NCBI GenBank assembly: GCA_050250255.1
Contig: JBFWOZ010000057.1
Coordinates: 1-15,742 of the forward strand
Source of the DNA: Bdellovibrionales bacterium
Lineage (GTDB): Bacteria; Bdellovibrionota; Bdellovibrionia; Bdellovibrionales; DASUEL01
DNA: 15,742 nt
Reading direction: 5' to 3'
Shown here in pieces: positions 1-7,549 of this stretch. Every line of letters starts with the position of its first letter. The first letter of the stretch is position 1. The notes under the pieces are model-generated. The model did no database searches, had not been told where the DNA came from, and saw nothing but the letters and a program-made list of their open reading frames with translations. The position numbers and the translations under genes are program-made.

Positions 1-18
1 ATCAAGACCAAAATACAT
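1..18 (-). CDS. N-terminal fragment (MYFGLD...) of a probable IS110-family DEDD recombinase/transposase, running off the left edge
   Basis: The minus strand reads GGAGG (26-30), a 7-nt spacer, then ATG TAT TTT GGT CTT GAT. M-x-x-G-[LI]-D at the extreme N-terminus is typical of the IS110 RuvC-like DEDD domain, but it also occurs in other RNase H/actin-fold proteins. The upstream structured non-coding region supports IS110. Only 6 codons are visible. Confidence 0.6.
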
Positions 19-34
19 TTATAACCCTCCTCGT

Positions 35-232
35 TAGGGAGTTACTGGAGAGATCGCGATATCATTTGTTGGACAAACGATCCTCACGATAATGGGAATC
101 AAACGACAACTACCTATGCGTGCTCACGGCACAGTCGGGTGGGTCGAGAGGCGCTCACGTAACACGACGAGCTCTTAGCTCATAAGGTCCTTCGAGCGTC
201 CCCACGATTGATTGATACCCAGTAACTCTCTA
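35..232 (-). ncRNA. Candidate IS110 bridge RNA (seekRNA-like)
   Basis: Closing inverted repeat 35-48/219-232 (13 of 14 pairs). Module 1: outer stem 152-156/194-198, inner hairpin 169-181, internal loops 157-168 and 182-193 (12/12 nt). Module 2: outer stem 104-107/143-146, inner hairpin 120-132, loops 108-119 and 133-142. Extra hairpins at 65-77 and 79-100. It lies directly 5' of the MYFGLD gene. Confidence 0.6.
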
Positions 233-587
233 TTTTTAATTTTTTAACTCAATCAACCGTTCCTCTAAATCCGACTGTCATTCTCTATGATATTCGAACC
301 TAAAAAAACAATCGATTACGCACTTCAAATACATACCCGTAACATGAGTTTTAAAATTGCGATTTTATCGAAAAATCAAATGAAGAAATGCATATGTGAA
401 ACTTGTGTTTAAACTAATTTAACACCTCTATATTGGATTATTTCTCGTAGCAGACTAATGCAAAAGAAATTTACAAACCAATCAGATATAGATTGTTCTG
501 AGAGCTTCAAATCACGTCAAATTGTTTTCTCAATTTATTCATCAAGTCGATGCATTTTCTGGCAAAGGATGGCCGGCAATCATTCCC

Positions 588-604
588 TTTGCGGTCACCG
601 CAAA
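588..604. repeat. Perfect 8-bp inverted repeat (TTTGCGGT-C-ACCGCAAA), possible operator
   Basis: Seen directly, about 110 nt upstream of the S8 protease ORF. Confidence 0.4.
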
Positions 605-712
605 ATCTAAGCATTAGTCTAGAATTAAACAGCCACGAAAGCTTTGAAGGTCCAGAGTAGGCAAGAAAGAATCTAGTCTATTGAGTTAACCCTCAAATCG
701 TTACAATCAGGT

Positions 713-2794
713 ATGCGCTACCGCTTTCTTGGAAAAATCCATACAACGTCAATCCTTGTTTGGACAGTTATTAGTTTCGCTATCTTCATGAGTAAAATGT
801 CGTTTGGCAATGCGGATAAGATTGCGCAAAATATTAAATCGCCAAAGTTAACAAATGAATTACACCTCATTGTTAGCTACAAGCATAACCTTGCCTCTTT
901 AGAACGTCAGAAAATCCATAAGCAGCTTGGCGGAAAATTAAGAAAACACTTTTCTTCGATTAATGCTGACCTAGTCGCATTCCACTTAGGAAAAAAGGAT
1001 TTCTCTGAAAAGTCAGTAGAACGTCTTTGCCAGCTTTATCTTCGGAGCAAAAGCACTAAATCGTGTGAATTAGATCATAAAATAAAATTTCCATTTCAAG
1101 AGGGATGCAATTTAAAACACTCCATAAGCTCAACTGTCTCCTCAATGATCCCTGAGATAGTACAAAGGAGCCTAGATCAGAATTGTGAAGTCGTTCCCTC
1201 TCAGGGGTTAACTTCGGCACAAGCTAAAGATCGGGCAGGACTAGATGGTATGTGGAAAGTAAGTCCTTTGTGGGGCCAACAAGTAATTGGGGCCGATCTC
1301 GCTGCCGATTTTGTTTCACAGAGGTTACAATCTGGCCAAGCAAGTCGGGTTTCGACAGGAAATGTGGATGTTATATCTGATCGAACACCGACTTCGCCGG
1401 TACAAACGAATGCAATAAAATTAGACTTATTACCTGCGGGCGATTATCCACAACATGGTGACCAGACAGCGAGCCTCGTGAGTAATCCACCATTTGGTGT
1501 AAGCCCAGCCGTTTCATGGTCAGCATTGGTAAATCTTGAGACGCGCCAAAACGATATAAGCAAAGCGAAAGAAGCATGGAATTCAAACTTCATATCAGGA
1601 CTCGAAGCGATTGACCGCACTCAAACAAGGTTAGTTACAGCCTCTATTGCTTACTACGGTCTTAGTCCTCGCGATGCTATTGATTCATTCGTGGACCGAG
1701 GCAAGATGTTCATTCAAGCAGCAGGAAACGATTATCCCGTGCCAAGCTTCAGAGGCTCCGCACCACATGTTGGGCACATTATTGTCGGTAGTGTGGGGCC
1801 AAATGGAATTCAAACACCATATTCTCGAGAGCCAACAAAAATTTATGCTCCTTCTGATGATATCCAGTTGAGCGGACCAAATGACCGATTCGGCGGAACT
1901 AGTGGAGCCGCACCGTTGGTAACTGGTAGTATCGTAAACGCCCTAGCGATACTACCAAACCTCTCGAATTCTGAAATTGAGGATTTACTTGCTCGCACGA
2001 GTTTGCCTTCGTTTTCACAAGCCATAGGTTATGGTCCAGGGTTGTTGAACTCTTACCGAATGGTCGTTGTGGCTGCTTGCTTAGCTGACAAAAGTTCAAC
2101 CCAAAAAGAGACTTTCACAAATCTTAAAGATGTGACTTGTTTTGACCAAAGCATAAAAGCACAAGAGTTCCGCAAAGACGCTGATCGCTTGCTCAAAAAT
2201 ATGTCTTGTGTGAGTCAACGTGATGGATTGAAAGCCTTGAGGGCATCATTCTTACTTCAGCCATCACGGGATACAGCTTTAAAGCTTGCGGAGATTTATG
2301 AGCGGTTAGGTTTTCCTGGCGACGCTCGTTGGTACCACGCAGCTGCTGCGACCCTAGGTACTCCTGAAGAACAGCTTCGCCACTTTGATAAACTGTTATC
2401 TGAACCTTCACTTGTCAATTATTCATATTTCGGATTTGGAATAGAAAGGGTGAAGTCTAGAGGTTTTCACGCATTATCATTAGCATCACGAATGCCGAGC
2501 AACAGCCCATATGTTCAGATTACTCTTGATCGGATTGCATCACTCGCTCGTTCGAATAACTTATCTGATCAAGAGCAAGCTCTTGATCAAGCAATGATCG
2601 TGGGGCCTCGTGCCTTGCCTGCAATTGCTCGACTCATCGTCGACAGTGACGATGATCAAACCCCTCGCTCAGCATGGAACATCATTGGAAGACTTATGTC
2701 TTATGAGGATGTTCAACACTCGTGGTATCACGAAACGATTGCCTTCTTACGTGGCTCGCCTTTTGAAAGGTACTTGCCGCGATCCATTCGCTGA
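713..2794 (+). CDS. Secreted S8 (subtilisin-family) serine protease with N-terminal propeptide-like region and C-terminal helical extension
   Basis: Hydrophobic N-terminus; candidate triad Asp (GNVDV), His (QHGDQTASL) and Ser (GGTSGAAP); oxyanion Asn (AAGND). Start codon uncertain because there is no clear RBS. Confidence 0.88.
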   Translation: MRYRFLGKIHTTSILVWTVISFAIFMSKMSFGNADKIAQNIKSPKLTNELHLIVSYKHNLASLERQKIHKQLGGKLRKHFSSINADLVAFHLGKKDFSEKSVERLCQLYLRSKSTKSCELDHKIKFPFQEGCNLKHSISSTVSSMIPEIVQRSLDQNCEVVPSQGLTSAQAKDRAGLDGMWKVSPLWGQQVIGADLAADFVSQRLQSGQASRVSTGNVDVISDRTPTSPVQTNAIKLDLLPAGDYPQHGDQTASLVSNPPFGVSPAVSWSALVNLETRQNDISKAKEAWNSNFISGLEAIDRTQTRLVTASIAYYGLSPRDAIDSFVDRGKMFIQAAGNDYPVPSFRGSAPHVGHIIVGSVGPNGIQTPYSREPTKIYAPSDDIQLSGPNDRFGGTSGAAPLVTGSIVNALAILPNLSNSEIEDLLARTSLPSFSQAIGYGPGLLNSYRMVVVAACLADKSSTQKETFTNLKDVTCFDQSIKAQEFRKDADRLLKNMSCVSQRDGLKALRASFLLQPSRDTALKLAEIYERLGFPGDARWYHAAAATLGTPEEQLRHFDKLLSEPSLVNYSYFGFGIERVKSRGFHALSLASRMPSNSPYVQITLDRIASLARSNNLSDQEQALDQAMIVGPRALPAIARLIVDSDDDQTPRSAWNIIGRLMSYEDVQHSWYHETIAFLRGSPFERYLPRSIR

Positions 2795-2847
2795 TAATTT
2801 TCTGTGCGAACTAAACCCCTACGTTCATGACCACTTCCTGCACTAGA

Positions 2848-2865
2848 TCGCGCAGTAGAGCGCGA
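2848..2865. terminator. GC-rich hairpin between convergent genes, possible terminator
   Basis: TCGCGC-AGTAGA-GCGCGA immediately after the aminopeptidase stop; no U-tract. Confidence 0.3.
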
Positions 2866-2866
2866 C

Positions 2867-3877
2867 TTACCTCTTCAAATCCTCTTCCGGATTTCCAGAA
2901 GAGGCTAAGCTTTTACAAAATTCAAAGAACTTCCCAAAGTCTTTCCCCATCTTATCGTACACTTTCTGAAACTCACTGAGATCAGCCATGTAGGTGCTGT
3001 AAGCAAGTAGCTTTGCATTGTTGAGAGGCTCTTTCTCAAAGCCTTCATAGGCCCTTGTCTTTAAGCGAGGCCTAATATTTTTTGTAAAGCGTGTTTGTAT
3101 TTCTTTAAGTCGCGCTTCTTTCAACGCCGCAGTTGGAGTCGAACTCACGTACCACTGTTTTAAATCTTCCAATTCTTTCGTAATGAAATCAGAAAAGAGT
3201 TTGTTGTCCACTTGCTGAATGGCAGCCATGATAGAATTCTTCGTACCGAGCTTTTGAGCATAAAAAAGTTCCGTACCTAAGTTCCCTAAGAAGGTCGCAA
3301 GCCGCTCATTAAAATCTGCAGAACTTTTAATGTAAAGATTGGCGTGGATTGTTTCGTGGATCAGTGTGTTCACGAGATCGGAGTCTTCGTAGCGAAGCAT
3401 GCTTGATAACAAAGGGTCCTTAAACCAACCAAGCGTACTGTAAGCGGAGACTCCGCGAACGTAGGTGTCGTAACCTTGAGTTGAAAGCATATCGCTTTCA
3501 ACTTTCGCATCCTGCTCTTCAAAAAAACCTTTGTACGGAACATCTCCCACAATGGGGAAGTGCCAAAGATAAGGCTGCAAGCGATAAGCTTCCGCCGCCG
3601 AGACGGCGTAGGTGACGTAAGGGCCGTCGAGCTGAGAGTAAGTACTGTAATTGTTAAATGTCTGAAGTTTTAAATCTCGAACAATAAATTGCATCACTTC
3701 GCTCGCAAGATCTAGCTTACGCCGCTGCTCTTCATTTAAGTGAGGAAGCTTGCGGGCTTCTTCGAGAGGTATTTGGCGTGAAAGAATCTTCGCTTGGTGA
3801 TAACCACTTTTAACCAGGTAGTTGAGGTGACAACTTGTCAGAGTCATCAGTGCCGTCAGAAGAAAAAAGATTTTCAT
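2867..3877 (-). CDS. Predicted zinc aminopeptidase lipoprotein (PF10023-like)
   Basis: Start reassigned to ATG at 3877 (MKIFFLLTALMTLTSC, lipobox-like LTSC), which removes the overlap with the upstream gene. Motifs: WHFPIVGDVPYKGFF, AYSTLGWFKDPLLSS, HETIH (HEXXH) and downstream FNERLATF. Confidence 0.85.
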   Translation of the reverse strand: MKIFFLLTALMTLTSCHLNYLVKSGYHQAKILSRQIPLEEARKLPHLNEEQRRKLDLASEVMQFIVRDLKLQTFNNYSTYSQLDGPYVTYAVSAAEAYRLQPYLWHFPIVGDVPYKGFFEEQDAKVESDMLSTQGYDTYVRGVSAYSTLGWFKDPLLSSMLRYEDSDLVNTLIHETIHANLYIKSSADFNERLATFLGNLGTELFYAQKLGTKNSIMAAIQQVDNKLFSDFITKELEDLKQWYVSSTPTAALKEARLKEIQTRFTKNIRPRLKTRAYEGFEKEPLNNAKLLAYSTYMADLSEFQKVYDKMGKDFGKFFEFCKSLASSGNPEEDLKR

Positions 3878-3881
3878 GAGA

Positions 3882-4439
3882 TTAGAATAACCAAGATATG
3901 CCAGCAGACGCTGCAAAATCATAACGTATCGGGGTTTCGCTAATGGGGCTTGTCCATGCATCGGCCCCGAGCTTGATCGCAAACTCTTGCGTGATGGCTA
4001 ATTTGAAACCTGCGCCGGCCGTCGGTGCAAAACCTTCGCTCGTTCTTTCTACGGGCGTAAAGTAACCTTGTTCATAGGTCAGCTTCTTTCTCTGATAGGC
4101 GCCGCCGAACTTAATGTACGGGCGGAATGGATCTTGGCGTCCCGCAAAGGAGATCACAAGATCTAATCCTGTGAGTTGAAAACGCGTGGTCGCAATATAA
4201 GTTTCGTTGGTCGCCGTTTTTCCATAAGTCATGTTGGTGCCATCGGTGTAGCTGAATTCTAGAGCCGATAATTCCCAAAAATAATAAGCCACAGATCCAG
4301 TTAAGCTTTGAGTTTTTGAATAGTTGAATTCATCAACGGTGGTGTAACGATAACTTCCGCTCGCGCCGACTTCTACGAAACCTGCTAAGGCATTTGTGCT
4401 ACTGAGAAGTAAAAAACAAGAAATCAGAGTCTGTCGCAT
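3882..4439 (-). CDS. Small outer-membrane beta-barrel protein (OmpW/OmpA-like 8-strand type)
   Basis: Signal peptide ending ALA, amphipathic strands, FRPYIKFGGAY, C-terminal AGISWLF beta-signal. Confidence 0.8.
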   Translation of the reverse strand: MRQTLISCFLLLSSTNALAGFVEVGASGSYRYTTVDEFNYSKTQSLTGSVAYYFWELSALEFSYTDGTNMTYGKTATNETYIATTRFQLTGLDLVISFAGRQDPFRPYIKFGGAYQRKKLTYEQGYFTPVERTSEGFAPTAGAGFKLAITQEFAIKLGADAWTSPISETPIRYDFAASAGISWLF

Positions 4440-4495
4440 ATGCTTTTATTTTAGCGCAAAAAGAGAGCGAGACTCGGTCCAGAGTGATCAGAATA

Positions 4496-5344
4496 CTACA
4501 TTCGTCCGTGAGGAGAGTAAGATACGGATATAGAATATTTGAGATGGAATTGGCCATCTTCTTTGAGGAGTTCCTCAGGAGGATTTAGAAAAGGTGAGCC
4601 CTCGCGAAATGCCTCGGCCGCCGCTTGGTCTAGGCCATTAATACCGCAGGGTTTGAGAATGACCGCTTTTTGAAAATGCCCTCGTCGATCCAGCACAATT
4701 TCGATTTCCGTGATCCACACTTGTCGTGCCAACTTGCGAGGTTCGGTATTTTCGCCAACGGCCCGCACCCGGGTTTCCCACCGGTAGCGGACGCGCTCTT
4801 CCACACGAGCAAAAAAAGTATAAAACAAATATCGCTCAGTATTTAACGACGTCCACTCTCCCACTTTTACATCTTCAGGAAGTCTTTGGCCGACGGTGGA
4901 GGCGCCTGGCAATTGGAGGGGTTTTCCTCCGAGTGTAGGAGTGGGCAAAAGATTTTTATCAATCTGTCCCGGCTTCAGAGCCTCTCGCGCGGCTTGCTTT
5001 TTTCCTTGAGCCATATCTTGAGGTTGTGCAGTTTGCGAAGAAGGGGAGTTGGCTCGGTTCTGTGTTAGGCCCGATTGGCGCGCGCGCATTTCTTCTTTTA
5101 CGGTTTTTGTGTTGAGAGAAAAAAACCGTGCTTTTTCGTTTTTTTCGCGATCAATTTCTTTTTGTTCCACTTCACGAACCAGCATCTTGGGCTGTTCTTT
5201 TTCATAAATAATTTCTACCTCCTGATTTTTCTCAGATTGAGACAAATCAGGAATCTTGGACATTAAGGTCCAGATAATAACGTGGGCCATAAGGCTGCCG
5301 AGGATCGTATAGAAGTAGAGCATCTGAGGGCCAAGATAAATCAT
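4496..5344 (-). CDS. TonB/TolA C-terminal domain protein (energy-transducer-like)
   Basis: N-terminal TM helix with SLMAH (S-x3-H), charged/Pro-rich linker, and C-terminal domain with ...RVRYRW...IVLDRRG...GINGLDQAAAEAFREGSPFLNPP. The start could alternatively be 5323. Confidence 0.8.
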   Translation of the reverse strand: MIYLGPQMLYFYTILGSLMAHVIIWTLMSKIPDLSQSEKNQEVEIIYEKEQPKMLVREVEQKEIDREKNEKARFFSLNTKTVKEEMRARQSGLTQNRANSPSSQTAQPQDMAQGKKQAAREALKPGQIDKNLLPTPTLGGKPLQLPGASTVGQRLPEDVKVGEWTSLNTERYLFYTFFARVEERVRYRWETRVRAVGENTEPRKLARQVWITEIEIVLDRRGHFQKAVILKPCGINGLDQAAAEAFREGSPFLNPPEELLKEDGQFHLKYSISVSYSPHGRM

Positions 5345-5371
5345 GTCGGAGGTCTGGGCAATGGTCGTGCT

Positions 5372-5398
5372 TAAAGTTGAGACGAAAACGACCGAAAA
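5372..5398 (+). promoter_or_regulatory. Sigma28 (FliA)-type promoter
   Basis: TAAA (5372-5375)-N15-ACCGAAAA (5391-5398), versus consensus TAAA-N15-GCCGATAA, with extended TAAAGTT; 31 nt upstream of the PilZ ATG. Confidence 0.65.
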
Positions 5399-5429
5399 GT
5401 AAGAGTCAGGTCCATACTTGGGGGGTAAA

Positions 5430-5984
5430 ATGGCTCATAAATCAAAAACTTGGTCTCAGAATTCAACGAACGTGATCGATATGACAGTTCGCAGGCAAGC
5501 ACAGCTCACAAGCCAAAGCATTGTGAAGCAGGCTCGAGCCGTCAACGCCTCAGTGGAGAATATAAACGAAATGCGTCAGAGCGTTCTCACTCAAGAGCGA
5601 CGCCGTAATCGTCGCACACTTTTAACAAATTTTATTGGGGCCTTCGTGGTCGTTCCAAGCGTCGGGCTTCAGGCTGTGGTGCTTCATGATGTTTCTGGAG
5701 AGGGTATGGCATTTGATACTCTGATAGAATCAGGATGCTTTCGTGTTGGTGAAGAATATGCCCTGCGAGTTTACCTCAGTCGCGACACATATTTCCCACT
5801 GACGGTCAAAATTAAAAATCACCGCGAAATCAAGGCAGAAGGAGTCTACCGTCATGGAACTCTCTTCGTCAAAGCCGGATCAGATCACGAAGCTTTGAAG
5901 TCTTTTATTCACTTTGTTGAAACGATCAGCACGGTTTTGAAAAAAGATACCGGCGATCACCAAATCTCTACCATCCGCGGCTGA
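5430..5984 (+). CDS. PilZ-domain (c-di-GMP receptor) protein
   Basis: QERRRNRR (RxxxR) and DVSGEG (DxSxxG) motifs; ATG at 5430 preceded by a G-rich RBS. Confidence 0.85.
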   Translation: MAHKSKTWSQNSTNVIDMTVRRQAQLTSQSIVKQARAVNASVENINEMRQSVLTQERRRNRRTLLTNFIGAFVVVPSVGLQAVVLHDVSGEGMAFDTLIESGCFRVGEEYALRVYLSRDTYFPLTVKIKNHREIKAEGVYRHGTLFVKAGSDHEALKSFIHFVETISTVLKKDTGDHQISTIRG

Positions 5985-6034
5985 GAATCATATTTTACAT
6001 TTGTACTTCGGCGCTCCTTGATCTCTAATAATAT

Positions 6035-6061
6035 GGGTTGACCAAGTTAGGTCAACTTTTT
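6035..6061 (+). promoter_or_regulatory. Hairpin plus T-tract upstream of PhoH (terminator/attenuator or operator)
   Basis: GTTGACC (6037-6043)-AAGTTA-GGTCAAC (6050-6056) followed by TTTTT. Confidence 0.45.
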
Positions 6062-6083
6062 AGGGATGAAGGGGAGGCTTGTT

Positions 6084-7451
6084 TTGGCAATTAAAAGTGG
6101 TACAAAAACGACGCTCGCAGATTCTGGTCATTCTCGCAAAGTTGTTATTGATACAAACGTTATTCTCTTTGATGCTCACGCCGTTTTTAAATTTATTGAG
6201 GCCGACGTCTACATTCCTATTTCCGTCATTGAAGAAATCGATCGTTTTAAGCGCGACATCGGTGAGAATGGGCGAAACGCTCGTCAATTCAGCCGTTTTA
6301 TTGACGTACTTCGTGCAGAAGGCGCCCTCGCAAAAGGGGTTCCACTCAAAAAAAGTAAGTCCACTCTCTTCGTTAATCTCGATTTAAATTATGACGTCGA
6401 AATGCCGGTGGATTTGGATCCGGTAAAAGCAGATAACCGCATCTTGGCGACGGCTCTTAGTTTACAAAAACAGTTTCCGCAGACTCGTGTGGAACTCATC
6501 ACGAAAGATACCAATCTTCGTATTAAAGCCGACGTCTTCGGCGTAAAGGCTATGGATTATGAGCCTGATGCTGTCGACGTAGAGGCGATGTATTCGGGGA
6601 TGGCAGATCTTGAGCTTCCTTCGAACCTCGTTGATCAGTTTTTCTCTGAGAAAAAACTCGTTCCTCCTGCAGATGTACAATTAGTCGCAAACCAATACCT
6701 CGTGTTGAAAGACAAATCGAATCCCAATCATAGTGCGATTGGGCGTTTTAGTTTGCAGCAGGGTGCGATTGTTCCTTTGCTTCAGCCAAGCCAAAGTGTT
6801 TGGGGGATTTTCCCAAGAAACGTGGAGCAAAGTTTTGCTCTCGACTGTTTACTCAATGATGAAATCTTATTTGTTTCGCTCGTCGGGAAAGCGGGTACGG
6901 GAAAAACTCTCGTCGCTCTTGCGGCCGGACTTTATAAAACTTTGGACGAAGGAAAATTCCAAAGATTATTAGTGAGCCGACCTATTTTCCCAATGGGGAA
7001 AGACATCGGTTATCTTCCTGGAGATGTGGAGCAAAAACTCAATCCATGGATGCAGCCGATTTTTGATAACGTCGAATTTTTGATGGGCTCTGACGGGTCT
7101 GCGAAAAAAGCGGCAGGTCGCGCACAGGAATTGATCAATCAAGGTATGCTTAACATCGAACCGCTCACTTACATTCGTGGCCGAAGTATTCCGAAGCAGT
7201 ATCTGATTGTGGATGAAGCGCAAAATCTTACTCCACATGAAATCAAAACGATCGTCACTCGTGCAGGATTAGGAACAAAAGTGGTTCTGACCGGAGACGT
7301 TTACCAAATCGATAATCCTTACGTAGACTCCGCAACGTCGGGGTTAACACATGCTGTTGAAAGGTTTAAAAATCAACCGATCGCAGCACACGTAACGATG
7401 ACGAAGGGTGAGAGATCAGAACTAGCGGAACTCGCATCGAACCTGCTCTAA
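6084..7451 (+). CDS. phoH: PIN-domain + PhoH-like ATPase (PhoH2/YlaK type)
   Basis: PIN motifs VIDTNV, DNRIL and TKDTNLRIKA; Walker A GKAGTGKT; GYLPGD; IRGRS; DEAQN; TGD. Probable start is TTG at 6084 after GGGGAGG (6071-6077); the ORF is open from ATG 6066. Confidence 0.93.
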   Translation: MAIKSGTKTTLADSGHSRKVVIDTNVILFDAHAVFKFIEADVYIPISVIEEIDRFKRDIGENGRNARQFSRFIDVLRAEGALAKGVPLKKSKSTLFVNLDLNYDVEMPVDLDPVKADNRILATALSLQKQFPQTRVELITKDTNLRIKADVFGVKAMDYEPDAVDVEAMYSGMADLELPSNLVDQFFSEKKLVPPADVQLVANQYLVLKDKSNPNHSAIGRFSLQQGAIVPLLQPSQSVWGIFPRNVEQSFALDCLLNDEILFVSLVGKAGTGKTLVALAAGLYKTLDEGKFQRLLVSRPIFPMGKDIGYLPGDVEQKLNPWMQPIFDNVEFLMGSDGSAKKAAGRAQELINQGMLNIEPLTYIRGRSIPKQYLIVDEAQNLTPHEIKTIVTRAGLGTKVVLTGDVYQIDNPYVDSATSGLTHAVERFKNQPIAAHVTMTKGERSELAELASNLL

Positions 7452-7549
7452 GGTCTAGGAAAATTTAGTTTTTCTAATGGCATACATTCATTTTTGTCGC
7501 GTGACCTCCGTCGAGTCGAGGCGCCCAATAGTGTTGTGGGGGACAAATT

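Larger units (their letters stand above)
1..290 (-). mobile_element. Putative left (5') end of an IS110-family element
   Basis: Recombinase-like start, a long structured 5' non-coding region, and sequence at 271-290 matched by internal loops of that region. The exact boundary is inferred near the TATG/CATA motif at 286-289. Confidence 0.5.

Noticed and set aside
35..232. 6S RNA, retron msr-msd or CsrB-like sponge readings of the structured region
   Set aside because: The fold is multibranched rather than a 6S-like rod. No reverse transcriptase is visible and the adjacent gene starts like an IS110 protein. The recurring CACG/ACGA words are short and are not GGA loop motifs.
560..640. c-di-GMP-I riboswitch (GGCAAA...CGCAAAA...CTAA...ACAGCC words)
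   Set aside because: There is no GNRA-capped P2 stem and the spacing does not fit. An Rfam cmscan hit would be needed.
681..707. Sigma70 promoter TTGAGT...TACAAT and small TTGAG/CTCAA repeat before the S8 gene
   Set aside because: The spacer is only 15 nt and the repeat spacing does not fit the HAIR operator; too weak to call.
3878..3982. N-terminal extension of the aminopeptidase in the ORF track
   Set aside because: It overlaps the OMP gene; the ATG at 3877 gives a proper lipoprotein signal.
7538..7544. GGGGGAC resembling the REP-like arm, which would place the M28 gene inside the mobile unit
   Set aside because: It has no GTCCCC partner and sits at the RBS position of the M28 gene.
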